Below, piece after piece: positions 29,783 through 44,671 of a stretch of DNA of 64,000 bases. The stretch lies in contig OZ024740.1 in NCBI GenBank assembly GCA_964016885.1, positions 228,780,001-228,844,000 of the forward strand. The letters are read 5' to 3'. The first letter of the stretch is position 1. Each line of letters starts with the position of its first letter. This DNA is from Eledone cirrhosa (lineage: Eukaryota). Both the position numbers and the translations under genes were made by a program. The notes beneath the pieces are model-generated. The model did no database searches. It saw nothing but the letters and a program-made list of their open reading frames with translations, and was not told the origin of the DNA.

Positions 29783-30021
29783 CAGGCGTGGGCAACTTTT
29801 TTAATTTACATTCGTGCCCACATTTAAAAAAAAGGTGGTAACTCAGGTTGTTTTGATTTGTTTTTTTCAGAATTCGTACACGTTGTTTTCCTCGAGCGTA
29901 AAAATGATAGAAAGATAAATTACGACTGAAAAGTTGGGGTAAAAAAATGAGAAAGATTTCCCTTAAGTGACTTAGGCGAGCCATTCAGAAAACTTCGCAG
30001 GCCGCAGGTTGCTCATGACTA
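29783..30021. mobile_element. hAT MITE
   Basis: TIRs caggcgtgggcaac / gttgctcatgacta; 8-bp TSD gcttagag/gcttagaa. Confidence 0.75.
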
Positions 30022-30239
30022 GCTTAGAACTTTAAGGAGAGGATTTAATCCGACCCTCACTGCCAGTCCTTTATGCATTTAATGCTGCCAATATTGGTCC
30101 GGTAGAGTATTTCTATGGACATAAATCTATCTCACCAGGTGACTGACTGAAGATATTTTGCAGATATTGGATGTTAACAGACTTCAGAGATTTAGCTGCA
30201 TATGGTTCACACTTTATCCATCGAATACTTTGATTTTAA

Positions 30240-30278
<39 letters not shown>

Positions 30279-30287
30279 ATATATATA

Positions 30288-30922
<635 letters not shown>

Positions 30923-31023
30923 TCAGGTAGCGATACATAGGTATTCGGTCTGTTACAGAAACATATGTCAATACCTAATAAATTCCTTTTTTAACAAAAG
31001 CACTTTCATTTTATATTCATCCT

Positions 31024-31143
<120 letters not shown>

Positions 31144-31148
31144 ATCAT

Positions 31149-31487
31149 GAATAGGTAAAGCAATTAAGATAAAATAATTATCTCAAACATTTCTTGGTCC
31201 CAATTGCAGTTTCGCCATAAAGACTAGACAGTTTCCTTGCCAACAGTCCATCTATTACTTCCCTTCCTGTGAATTATATACCACGTGATGGTTGTTCCTT
31301 TCAAAAACATCAGTAGTACCGGTCACTTGAAATTTATCTCAATGTGATACGGTTTCCTGAAAAGCCCATTCTCCTACCCTGATATGATACATTATTAGAA
31401 TATCTGGTCTAGTCTATGCAGCGAAACTGAAGTTGGGACCAAGAAGTGTTTGAGGTAATTTTGTATCTTAATTGCTTTACCTATTCT
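31149..31487. repeat. Inverted repeat (~80-bp arms) with decayed hammerhead-like halves, probable pLTR
   Basis: 31149-31228 pairs with 31407-31487. The arms carry gcGAAACTG(C/A)A(G/A)TTgggacc; minus-strand CTGATGT at ~31312. Abuts (TA)n. Confidence 0.65.
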
Positions 31488-31738
31488 AAACGAAACGCCG
31501 GTTAGAATCGTTGGTCAGATTCCACGGGCAAAACCAACAGGTAGGAGGCCCGGAGGTTGACCCAGAGCAAGAGGGGTGGGAAACATCCCACGAGGTTGGC
31601 TGGTCATGTTCGGGGATCCAGCTGGATCAGTTGGATCAGTTAGATAAGGTTGCTTCTGAGAGGACCCGCTGGAAGGAGTGTTTGAGTACTCTGCCCCCGC
31701 GACCTATTCAGGAACAAGTGAGCGAAGAAGAAGAAGAC
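31488..31738 (+). mobile_element. RTE (Expander-like) 3' end
   Basis: RIVGQIPRAKPTGRRPGG*PRARGWE..; terminus ctctgcccccgcgacc..gaagaagaag. Confidence 0.75.
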
Positions 31739-31817
31739 CTATTTATGATTTCATAATTCTCTGACTGACTAATTAATTTTTTAATGAATTCATTCATTAA
31801 GCAAAAATATGCTTATG

Positions 31818-31953
<136 letters not shown>

Positions 31954-32214
31954 TGTAACTTCGATTATTAAGTTACGTTATGTGGGTGAGAAACATGCTC
32001 CGGAGCACATCATATTGATTTGTTTTATTGGAAAGCTTCACCCTTAGAACAGACAGGTGGATAGCAATCATGAGATATATAAGGATTCCGACAGAGTTGC
32101 AATGAGATTCCGATGAGTTGCAACATATACTGATCTAATCACCTGGACCAGAATATTGTGGTTGACCAAAACATTCATGTTGATCTAAATATTCGGGTAT
32201 ATATTAATATAATT

Positions 32215-32279
<65 letters not shown>

Positions 32280-32577
32280 GTCAGTCAATGATAAACATTC
32301 AGGAGCAAATGAATTAACTGTGGAGATATAAGAGATACAGAAGCGAAGACCAACCAAACAGTGAGTGTGTTCTGTTATTATTTCTGGCAATATGACCCTC
32401 CCCAAATATAACAATATATATATATATATTTATATCTGTATTTTTGACAGTTGTGTACAACACAAAATAATGTTTACACTCAGGTTACATGTATTGAGTG
32501 CTCCTTCAGTTAGTTAATGCTTGAATGTTTTTAGTACAATGACACTTAAAACAACAACTTCATTATATATATATATG

Positions 32578-32658
<81 letters not shown>

Positions 32659-32662
32659 TGTG

Positions 32663-32720
<58 letters not shown>

Positions 32721-32769
32721 AACAGAAACGTACATGTGCACATATATACTAAAAGAATATACAATGATA

Positions 32770-33365
32770 CCCACATATATACATACATAGTCACACATAC
32801 AGACACATATATACATACATAGTCACACATACAGACATACATATATACATACATAGTCACACATACAGACACATATATACATACATAGTCACACATACAG
32901 ACATACATATATACATACATAGTCACACATACAGACACATATATACATACATAGTCACACATACAGACATACATATATACATACATAGTCACACATAGAG
33001 ACATATATATATACATACATAGTCACACATAGAGACATACATATATACATACATAGTCACACATAGAGACATACATATATACATACATAGTCACACATAG
33101 AGACACACATATATGCATACATAGTCACACATAGAGACATACATATATACATACATAGTCACACATAGAGACATACATATATACATACATAGTCACACAT
33201 AGAGACACACATATATACATACATAGTCACACATAGAGACATACATATATACATACATAGTCACATATATACATACATAGTCACACATAGAGACATACAT
33301 AGTCACACATAGAGACATACATATATACATACATAGTCACACATAGAGACATACATAAATACATA
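32770..33365. repeat. ~30-34-bp minisatellite (atatatacatacatagtcacacatagagacatac)
   Basis: Directly visible tandem units. Confidence 0.9.
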
Positions 33366-33399
33366 CACAATTTATTTTGCTTAACAAAAACAGCTGTTG

Positions 33400-33686
33400 C
33401 AATCACAACCACCACCACTACCACTACCACAACCACCACCACCGCCACAACCACCACCACCGCCACTACCACTACCACAACCACCACCACCGCCACAAAC
33501 ACCACCACCACCACTACCACTACCACAACCACCACCACCGCCACAACCACCACCACCACCACTACCACTACCACAACCACCACCACCGCCACAACCACCA
33601 CCACCACCGCCACCACACCACCACCACCACCACTACCACCACCACACCACCACCATTACTTCTTCAACAACAATTACAACAGTAAT

Positions 33687-33727
<41 letters not shown>

Positions 33728-33770
33728 TTACCACCACCATTACTACTTCAACAACAATTACAACAGTAAT

Positions 33771-33823
<53 letters not shown>

Positions 33824-33866
33824 TTACCACCACCATTACTACTTCAACAACAATTACAACAGTAAT

Positions 33867-33910
<44 letters not shown>

Positions 33911-33953
33911 TTACCACCACCATTACTACTTCAACAACAATTACAACAGTAAT

Positions 33954-34000
<47 letters not shown>

Positions 34001-34043
34001 TTACCACCACCATTACTACTTCAACAACAATTACAACAGTAAT

Positions 34044-34094
<51 letters not shown>

Positions 34095-34141
34095 TACTAT
34101 TACTACTACTACTACTACCACCACCAACACCACCACCACCT

Positions 34142-34172
<31 letters not shown>

Positions 34173-34293
34173 GTACCACCACCAACACCACCACCACCTA
34201 CCACTACCACTACTACTACTACTATTACTACACCCACCAAATCTACCACGACCACCACCACCTGTAGTAGTAATGGTAGTAGTAGTTGTTGTT

Positions 34294-34330
<37 letters not shown>

Positions 34331-34344
34331 CAGCAGCAGTAGTT

Positions 34345-34375
<31 letters not shown>

Positions 34376-34520
34376 CAGTAGTAGTAGTAGTAGTAGTAGC
34401 AGTAGTAGTAGTAGTAGTAGCAGTAGTAGTAGTAGTGGTAGTGGTAGTAGTAGTAGTAGTAGTAGTAGTAGCAGTAGTAGTAGTAGCAGTAGTAGTAGTA
34501 GTAGTAGTAGTTGTTGTTGT
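33400..34520. repeat. (ACC/ACT/AGT)n trinucleotide domain with higher-order units
   Basis: Repeated accaccattactacttcaacaacaattacaacagtaa + (act)n. The pattern switches strand to (agt)n at ~34265. Confidence 0.9.
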
Positions 34521-34580
34521 AGAAGGGCGTAAGTATCTAGGTTAATTATTCATCGTCTAATCTGGAAATGTTCTGTTGTT

Positions 34581-34621
<41 letters not shown>

Positions 34622-34646
34622 GTGTGTATGTGAGTGTGTGTGTGTA

Positions 34647-34682
<36 letters not shown>

Positions 34683-34715
34683 TGTGTGTGTGTATGTGAG
34701 TGTGTGTGTGTGTGT

Positions 34716-34766
<51 letters not shown>

Positions 34767-34837
34767 AGTGTGTGTGTGTGTGTGTGTGTGAGTGTGTGTG
34801 TGTGTGTATGTGAATGTGTGTGTGTGTGTGTGTGTGT

Positions 34838-34868
<31 letters not shown>

Positions 34869-34991
34869 AGTGTGTGTGTATGTGAGTGTGTGTGTGTGCG
34901 TGTGTGTGTTTGTATGTATATGTACGTATGTACGTATGTATGTTTGTATTCATGTGTATATCAATCAGTATTCACACACACATACGTAATA

Positions 34992-35066
<75 letters not shown>

Positions 35067-35427
35067 AGTGTATGTGTGTGTGTGCGCGCGCGTGTTTGAG
35101 TGTATGAGTGTGCGTGTGCGTGTGTGTGTTAAGGCCTGTTGTTTACATACATGTAAAATAGGCCAAGTTTAATAATATTTATAGCAATGATTCAATGACA
35201 ATTGTATTTTAGCCTCCGGCCAAGCCTGATCCAGCCCGTATATCCCTTTAGCGGTTTCAGTCATTATACCGTGGCCTTGCTGGAGCACTGTAAGCGACCA
35301 ATGTTAGTATTTTACATATCAACCCCAGTATTTGTTTAATTTTTTCAAATCGATTTCATTTTATCGAATCCCTATGTTACGTTACACAAACAAACAGAAA
35401 ATGTAAACACAAACAAACAGAAAATGT

Positions 35428-35494
<67 letters not shown>

Positions 35495-35544
35495 CACAAA
35501 TAGTGGTTCAACAAAAGCAACACGTTATTTTTTTGTTGAATCAC

Positions 35545-35635
35545 CATTCTGACGAGCAGATCGATACTGGAGTCAGGTCCATAACTGCCGTGAGTGACCT
35601 TGAGCCAATCATCTGCGAAGCGTGCGTAACTTTCG
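35545..35635 (-). CDS. Candidate isolated coding exon of an unidentified host gene
   Basis: Non-repetitive 91 nt between ttttattgtgtAG and GTgatt; open as ESYARFADDWLKVTHGSYGPDSSIDLLVRM. No homology recognised. Confidence 0.3.
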
Positions 35636-36242
35636 CTACACAATAAAACATAAATACATGTAAACGAGACTTCATCCTTATCCTTATCATATAGGCTCTG
35701 CCTGTGCATCGAGTGCTCATATTGGTACCACCACCAGTAATATATATATGGTACTACGATTTTGTTTACCATCGATTGTTACATACACACTTGTGTGTGT
35801 TTGTGTGCATACGTTTCGGACGTTAATCGTTCATCTAAAAATAAAATGAGAGAAAGAGAAGAGATGTCTGAGAAAGAGCAGAAATATGCTGATATAAGTC
35901 CAGAAATGAAGGGGGGGGGGGGGAATTAAAAAGACTGGAGAATAAACATGTATAGTTAGTTAGCTCTCAGGAATCTACGTGGTTGAGTGTTGTAACCTCT
36001 CCGACAAATCTCCGAACATACTTCTGACACCTTCCCTGGCGATGGATGAGAAATTCGAAACTTATACACTAATAAATCGATTCCAAGGTAACTTCATCTC
36101 AGGTCTTCATTAAATTTTACATCTCTTTTCCCTAATTCCTCCCTACCTACCCTATGAAATCAAAATGATCCTTCCCCTAGACCGATTATCAACCAAGGCT
36201 AACTAGCTCTATTTACCTATATTGATTTTTTACATACTGCTA

Positions 36243-36390
36243 CAAAGCCATTGACTCTCCTGACAGGTTTTGTTTTTCATCCTGCAGGGTGTCCAAAAAT
36301 CACCCTCCTCAACAAGCAAGCTTGGAGGGGGTTGCCGGTTTAGTCGTCAACGACTCGACCATGTTATAGGTTGTAGTTACTAGTAGCGCT
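36243..36390 (-). mobile_element. Diverged RTE 5'-head repeat
   Basis: Similar to the 44672 head (gactaaaccggcaaccc..tgcaggatgaaaaacaaaacctgtca..agagtcaatggc). Confidence 0.65.
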
Positions 36391-37314
36391 AGTGCGAGCT
36401 GACATAATGTAATGTAGGCCAGTTTTAATGATACTTGTTAAGGCTATGATTTAATAGCTGCTGTTGTTTAGCCCTAGGTCAGTCAGTGATCAATGAAATC
36501 TCAGCTGTGACTATCTTGTCTTTTTCGTGATATCCAAGGTTACATTATTCAATTTTATCTGTTTTTATTTAAGATAATATGGTATGATTTGAGAGAAATT
36601 GACTGCTACATCTAGCAGGTGAAAAGTTGACGTGACATTAAACACCATTTGCAAACCACCTTCTTTTTACTGTTGATGTTATTGTCGTTGTTGATGTTGC
36701 TGTTGTTATTGCTGTTGTTTTTGTTGTTGTTTAGCCCAGGTCAGCCTTGATCCAACAAACCTATGGTCAAAGGTATTCCACCGTGATTATCCCTTTTGAC
36801 ATTCGGACAGACTATATATATGATTATATAATCCCATCTATCCATCCATTTTATTTTAAGATAATAGAGTCCGTAATTTGAAAGAGATTGTGTGAGATTT
36901 GAGGTGTGTGTATTTTGAGGGAGAATTGGCTGCTATTTTCGTTTGTGCTTCTTTGTTTATTTGTTTTGTTAGCATTGTTGTAAGCAACATTTTGATATTT
37001 ACGTTTTAGTTTATAATAATCTAATTTTGGTCAGCCTGACTTGCTTGAGTTCATTCACTAGTTTTTCCTTCTCCCCACCTCTCTCCCTTTCTTTCTTGTT
37101 TCCCGCCCACTGACACAGACACACGCTAACACGCAAGTCTCATATTTCTATATAAAAGTTTTTCCTGTTTTGATGTTTAGTTACAGGTCAACAACCCTGA
37201 CTAAACAGACATGTGATCAAAGACATTCCAGCCGAGCCCAGCCCATATATTGCGTGGTAACTAGGACTACATTATAGTTTGAATGTAGATACATCTAGAC
37301 CAATGTCTCAAGTC

Positions 37315-37520
37315 TAAAATCAGTTACAAGCCAAGAAGCTCACCAGGCCGGAGCTTACCCCGGTTTCCGTGATGTGAAGCGACTGAGGATACAGGAAACA
37401 AGTCCATCGCAGGGTTAAACCCCCAGCTAGTGCCGGTACTCATTTTTAGCTAAGTATAGTGGAGCAAAGTAAAATGAAGTGTTTTGCACACAACCCAGTC
37501 CAGGAATAGAACCCAGTGAC
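37315..37520 (-). mobile_element. SINE family B
   Basis: Homologous to 800-1061 (gcgactgag..gtccatc.cagg.ttaa.cccc..ggtactcatttt.agct). Confidence 0.6.
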
Positions 37521-37834
37521 ACTGTGTTTGTGTCTGTGTGAATGTCCCTTACATAAATAATACACTCAGAAATGAAAGCCAACTTTAAACAAAATACCCA
37601 GGGATAAGACCATCGAATGCTTCGTTACTAATACACTCATTAGAACAAAGCCAATTACAAACTACATGTTTATACTAGATCCAAGACATCATCTATAATT
37701 CCTACCTCAGACATCATCTATATTTCCTGACTTATACTCCGTAAACCAACCACCATCCCGCGCTCTAATTACCAGTATGGGCCAGACAGACTTTTCAGGC
37801 TGCAGCTATCATATTACGCAGTTTCTGTATAATA

Positions 37835-38200
37835 TTGGTTTTTGATTTAGGCACAAGGCCAACAATTTTGGAGGAGGGGAAAATCGAATAAATCGATCAG
37901 AGTGTGTTACTGGTAATTTATTTTATTGGTCCTGTCCGACTCTCTACCGATACTACTAATCCACTGCCTTTCACCGCTCTAATAATAATAATTGTTTCTA
38001 CTTTAGGCACAAGGCCAGTAAGTTGGAGGTAGGGGAAAGTCGATTAAATCGACCCTAGTGCGTTACTGGTACTTTATTTTATCGACCTCGTAAGGATGAA
38101 AGGCAAAGTTAACCTTGGAGAGATTTGAACTCGGAACAAAAGAACATAACTATATGTCACAAAACATGTCCGACACTCTACCGATACTCCCAATCCACCG
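37835..38200 (-). mobile_element. Two SINE family A copies
   Basis: Reverse-complement consensus matches, with an (AAT)n tail at 37980. Confidence 0.8.
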
Positions 38201-38379
38201 ACTTTGACTGCTGTTGCTGCTGCTGCTGCTTCTACTGCTCTTGGTGCTGCTGCTGTTGCTGCTGCTGATGATGTTGATAATGTTGTTGTTGTTGAATTAA
38301 CCCCAGTCTATTCCATCTGCTTCAAAACGGACCACTTAACATGCAAAGTAGCCAATGGAAGGTTTTAAGAACAGACCGT

Positions 38380-39125
38380 CACTACCACCACCACTGCCAC
38401 TACCACTACTATTACCACTTCCCTCCATCACCACTACCACGACCATTACCACTACCATCATGACTACTACCATTACCACTAACCACCACCACCACCACTT
38501 CCACCACCACCACCACCACCACAACCACCACCACTACCACTACCACTGGCACTACCATTACTAGCACCACCACCACCTCCACCACCAATACCTCAACCAC
38601 CACTACCTATGCCACTACCATTACTAAATCTATCACTACCACTACTGTTAACACTACCATTACCACCACCACCACCATTACCACTACCATTACTAGCACT
38701 ACTATTACCATCACCACCACTACAATTACTACCTCTATCACTACCACTACTATTAACACTGCCACTACCATTACTACTGCCACTGGCACCTTCACCTCAG
38801 CCACCACCACCATTGCCACCACCCCTGCCTCTACTACCACTACCACAACCACTACCATTACTACTGCCACTGGCACCTTCACCTCAGCCACCACCACCAT
38901 TGCCACCACCCCTGCCTCTACTACCACTACCACAACCACTACCATTACTACTGCCACTGGCACCATCACCTCAGCCACCACCACCACCATTGCCACCACC
39001 CCTGCCTCTACTACCACTACCACAACCACTACCATTACTACTGCCACTGGCACCATCACCTCAGCCACCACCACCACCATTGCCACCACCCCTGCCTCTA
39101 CTACCACTACCACAACCACTACCAG
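38380..39125. repeat. (ACC/ACT)n domain with four 87-90-bp units (38762-39123)
   Basis: The repeated unit is visible as PLPLLLPLAPSPQPPPPLPPPLPLLPLPQ in the ORF track. Confidence 0.9.
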
Positions 39126-39654
39126 CTACAGTAACTTCAACACTCCGATTATATACCTCAATATAGGATGTCCGGCATATTCATTTTCCGTCGCACGTAC
39201 ACACACACACTGATACGCAGACACACACACATACACATATACACAGACAGACTAACACACGTACGGGCACACACACTGACACACACTGATACACAGACAC
39301 ACACACACACACATACACACATACAGACTAACACACGTACGGGCACACACACTGACACACACTGATACGCAGACACACACACATACACATACACACAGAC
39401 AGACTAACACACGTACGGGCACACACACTGACACACTCAAACACATACACACACACATACACACAGACAGATTAACACACGTACGGGCACACACACTGAC
39501 ACACTCAAACACATACACACACACAGACACACATACAGACTAACACACGTACGAGCACACACACTGACACACTCAAACACATACACACACACACAGACAC
39601 ACATACAGACTAACACACGTACGGGGCACACACACTGACACAGTCAGTCATACA

Positions 39655-39689
<35 letters not shown>

Positions 39690-40044
39690 GCACTGCCGCA
39701 TCCAATCAGCCACACACACTCTGACACATTTACAATCTCAGACACACTCACATACATAAATACAAGATTATATAATGGTTATGTAAAGGTTTTATTCATC
39801 CTGCTTCTATTCTGGGCAACGTTACTCTATATTTTGACACTTAAAAACATTATAAAACATGTTTTCCTGCCTTTTTCTTTCTCTTCTTCTCATCTCTGAA
39901 AGACAAAAATTAAAAGATAAATAAAGAATGAAAATAAAAGATAAAAGAAACAAGAAAAAGAGAAAATAGAAATAAAAAAAGAACATGAGAAACAAATACA
40001 GAAAACCTAAAGCTTAATCTTAATCTAAATAGTTAATGTAATGG

Positions 40045-40258
40045 TTTCTTATATAGGCACAAGGCCAGCAATTTTGGGGGAGGGGGGGAAAGTCGATTAA
40101 ATCGACCCCAGTACATTACTGGTACTCTATTTTATCGACCCCGTGAGGATGAAAGGCAAAGTTAACCTCAGCGGGATTTGAACTCAGACCATAATGGGAC
40201 GTAACTATGCTAGAAAGCATGGCGGCCAACCCTCTATCGATACTGCCAATTCACCGCT
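40045..40258 (-). mobile_element. SINE family A
   Basis: Reverse-complement consensus match. Confidence 0.85.
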
Positions 40259-40787
40259 CTTAGTTAATTTAATGCGAATATGTTTAATGCAAGGCGTCGC
40301 TTTGACAGACTCGTTAGAATGTCGCATAGAATATTTTGTGGTATTCGTTTTGGCTCTCTGCTCTCTCAGTTCAAATTCCGCCGAGGTCAACTTTACCGTT
40401 CATCCATTCGAGGTAGATAGAAATGTACCAATCTAGTATTGGGATCGATTCTTCTTCAATATCTCTCTCTCTCACTTCCATTCTCTCACTTTCTATCCTT
40501 CTCTGAAAGAAATCTGCTGGAGAAGAGATGGGCTCTGCCAAGATTTAAAAATACCCTAGAAACGAGTTACAGGATCATACATGCCATGTATATTTAATGC
40601 AGTGTGGAGGTGAATGACTTAGTGGTTAATAGGCGTGACATACAAACTCCACCGGGGCCGTGGGAGGGCGAGAGAGATGGAGGCGATGGCAGGGAGAGTT
40701 CGGCTCTTCCGTGTTCGGACACATTTATCAATTCTATGTTGCTGTTGTCTATACACCTACAGCTACTACTACTACTACTAATGTTTT

Positions 40788-40823
<36 letters not shown>

Positions 40824-41790
40824 GATGTTGACTACTAATGCTGCTACTACAACGGTTTTACTACAAATACCGTAAGGTGATGGTTCAATTTCCGGAGGCA
40901 TGTTTTCGGTACAACACTTTATAAAAATAAATAAATAAATGTGTTTCGTGCAAGTGTCTGAGCATTCCATAGGTATATGCACACTTAAACTAATTCTCTG
41001 GGAGATTCAACGTGAGGATGAAAGGCAAAGCTAACATCGGCGGGATTTGAACTCAGAATGCCAATCAACTGCCCTAGCCAATTGAAGTAACAACGAAAGC
41101 CTTATTGTAGGAACGGCTACCCGGAAGTATTTACTTGTTCTATAATGTTTGTCACACTCATTTAAATAACAGTGACAATTAGTAATAATGAATAGCTATT
41201 CTAATTAAATGTTGCAACCTCGTTTATTCTAGAATAACGTGTATTTTTAACTAAACACTCCTAAATAGCTTTGTTCTGATGACACACAAACTAAAATAGT
41301 TTTAATTTCTCATAACCCAGCCGCTGTTTTATTTAACAAAATTTTGCAATTCTTTTCGATTGTGAGGTTAATGTATTCTATTTTTAAACAGAAAGTTGTA
41401 ATTTGAAGATCATTTAGCTACTATTTCTAGCAGGTTAAGTAACCAAATAAAAGCTGGCTTCAAAGGCTTCATGAGTGGTTATCGGTATAGTTGATGTTAT
41501 GTAGCCCCAGCGGGCTTCAATGAGAAGTTCTGAAATTAAAGATATTCAAAACACGGCCATCCTATGTTGTTGTTTTTTTTTGTATTTCGAGGATAGCTTT
41601 CTTTTTCTCCCTTTCGAGGTCGATAGAGTATGAGTTTAGTACTGGAGTTGATTCCTCTATCTTGTCAGTTTCAATATATAAATATATCCTCGAGCTTATT
41701 TGGTTATAAAGGAATATTGTGTTTTTAACTCAACATGTTAATTTTGATATATATATATATATAATAATTTTGATATATATATAATAATTT

Positions 41791-41841
<51 letters not shown>

Positions 41842-42479
41842 GCGTCGAAATATTTGTTTTGCAGGGATTTTGATATGAAATCATGTATTGAAACAGATAT
41901 TGTTACATTTGAGGAGGGTCATGTTGTCCTAATATTATCAGGTATATATAAAACACACCCACTGTTTGGTCTGGTCTGGTTTGGTTTTCGCTTCAGTATA
42001 TTTTTATATTTCTATAAATAATTTAGCTGGCAATTAATGTTTATTATTGATTGACCAACAGTTAAAAAATATAAATATAAAAGTAGTTTCTCATAAATCT
42101 TTCGTCACACATATCTAACGTCATTAGAGATTATCATGTTTCCATATCTCCTCTCGTTGTGTTCCTATATTTTTTTTATTTTATTCATTTATTTATTTAT
42201 TTATTTATTTATTTATATATTTATGGTTGTCTCTGTGCATGTGATTGTGGGCATGTATTATGTGTATTCTGTTTGGTGTGTGTTCATGTGTTGGTGTTTG
42301 AGTATCTGTGTGATTATGTGTTTATATTTTATCCTTGGTCACTAGTGTGTGTTTATGCATGTGTCGTCTTATTGCATCTGTGCATAAATAGTCTTAGATC
42401 ACTAGTCTTCTGTAGCTTCCCTAATTTGTCTAATTGTGGAGTCATGGAAGTGCAAGAACTGCAGGAGCTGGTGCAGTAA

Positions 42480-43022
42480 TGCATCAGCTTCAGTTTAACA
42501 TTCGGTAATCAGAAGGGAGGTGGGTGTAAAAACCAAACATGCTGTCTTCAATTCGGTATTCGAGCCAACCTTTCCTTACTTATGGTCATAAATCTTGGGT
42601 AATGACCGAAAGAATACAATCGCGAATACAAGCGGCCGAAATGGGGTTCCTCCAAAGGGTCTCAAGGGTAATCTTACTCGATAGAGTGTGTAGCTCGGAG
42701 ATCAAAGAGTCACTCCAGGTAGAGTTTTCCGAATTGAGAGATCTATGGGCATGTGGTTAGAATGTCTCTGGAAAGAATCGCTGAATAGATTTTACGGGCA
42801 AAAGGACTGACAGGAGACCCGAACAAGATGGTAGACCCGAACAAGATGGTTGGATAACATGCATGAGCTTAGCTGGTCACGCTTGGAGATGGTTGGAGAT
42901 CAATTGGAGATTGACGGGGCCCGCTGGAATGAGTGTTTGAGGTTTGAGGACTCTGCCCCCACGACCCTCTCAAGAAGAAGAAGAAGAAGAAGAAGAAAAA
43001 GAAGAAGAAGAAGAAGAAGAAA
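42480..43022 (+). mobile_element. RTE-clade LINE 3' fragment (Expander/Rex3-like) with (AAG)n tail
   Basis: LTYGHKSWVMTERIQSRIQAAEMGFLQRV...DRVCSSEIKESL; RPEQDG/WLDNMHEL; 18-bp duplication at 42815-42850. Confidence 0.85.
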
Positions 43023-43135
43023 GAGCTTATCCCTGTACAGCTCTGAACGCTGGCAAGTTCTTCTAGAGGAAGAGAGGGAGAGGGAGAGGGGCCGGAAGAA
43101 GCAGTGATGGAGGGAGAGCAAGAGAAAGAGAAGCG

Positions 43136-43174
<39 letters not shown>

Positions 43175-43440
43175 GAGAGAGACTGGCCGAAGAAAGAAAG
43201 AGAGAGAGAAAGAGAAGGGATCGTAGGAGAGGGAGGGAGAAAGTAGTTAGAAAGAGATATAGAGAAATAATGCCGGGCTGGTACTTTATTTATCGATCTC
43301 GCAGGAATGAAAGACAACGTCGATCTCGGCGGAATTTGAACTCAGCGCTAAGTAAGCCATTACCCTGACGCCCTAACGACACTGCCAATTCATCGCCACA
43401 CAGACAAAAGATTTGATTCAATATGGCCGAAAATAAATTT

Positions 43441-44100
43441 CATAAGTACTAGAATGTATCATATGTGGGTGTATATATGTCATAAATACTAGAATATATC
43501 ATATGTGGGTGTATATATGTCATAAGTACTAGAATATATCATATGTGGGTGTATATATGTCATAAGTACTAGAATATATCATAAGTGGGTGCATATATGT
43601 CATAAGTACTAGAATATATCATAAGTGGGTGTATATATGTCATAATTACAAGAATATATCATATGTGGGTGTATATATGTCATAAGTACTAGAATATATC
43701 ATATGTGGGTGTATATATGTCATAAGTACTAGAATATATCATATGTGGGTGTATATATGTCATAGGTACTAGAATGTATCATATAGGGTGTATATATATA
43801 TGTCATAAGTACTAGAATGTATCATATGTGGGTGTATATATGTCATAAGTACTAGAATATATCATAAGTGGGTGTATATATATATATGTCATAGGTACTA
43901 GAATGTATCATAAGTGGATGTATATATGTATATATATATATATATATGTCATAGGTACTAGACTATATCATAAGTGGGTGTATAGAATGTATCATATAGG
44001 GTGTATATATATATGTCATAGGTACTAGAATATATATGTGTGTGCATATATCGATAATGTCATAGGTACTAGTGTATGCCATAAGTCGGTGTATAAATCT
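43441..44100. repeat. 40-bp minisatellite (cataagtactagaatatatcatatgtgggtgtatatatgt), decaying rightwards
   Basis: About 15 tandem units visible. Confidence 0.92.
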
Positions 44101-44176
44101 ATAATGGATGTATATATATATCTAAATGTCATGTGTAGTAAATTATATCATAAGTAGGTGTATGTATATATGTATG

Positions 44177-44599
44177 TTTTCTCTTTCTCTTAATTTCGAG
44201 TATATTTTTTTGACCGGCCACCTTCCTGGTGGCAAGGTTGTAAAAGAAAAGAAATTGTCATCCCTTGAATCGCAAGAATGTTTTGCAAATTTTGAAGGTG
44301 CCAGCTATCGCAGCCATTTGTAGACTATGAATTAGGGAGCTGCGCTTTTTGTCCGCAAATCCAAGTTCAGTCATACTTTGGTCCAAGCGGGTTGGTATAT
44401 AACCCGTAGCACCAATAATGATGGGTATGAAGCTAAAGGTGTATCTTGGATACTGGATTTGTAAACTCCTCATCAATGGTCCGTAGATGTCCTCCTTCTC
44501 CTGTATTTTTCTGACAACGTTTACATTAAGTGGGCAGCTGATCTCCACAACAGAACACGTTTTCAATGTGTGGTCCCAAACTACAATATCAGGCCGGTT
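44177..44599 (-). mobile_element. RLE LINE family CATA-2, endonuclease domain
   Basis: [36 protein letters not shown]; (TATG)n flanks. Confidence 0.88.
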
Positions 44600-44671
44600 G
44601 TATGTATGTATGTATGTATGTATGTATGTATGTATGTATGTATGTATGTATGTATGTATGTATGTATGTAT

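Noticed and set aside
33397-34545. Pro/Thr-rich mucin- or extensin-like ORFs (also 38607-39166)
   Set aside because: Pure ACC/ACT trinucleotide repeats open in several frames; no splice or domain evidence.
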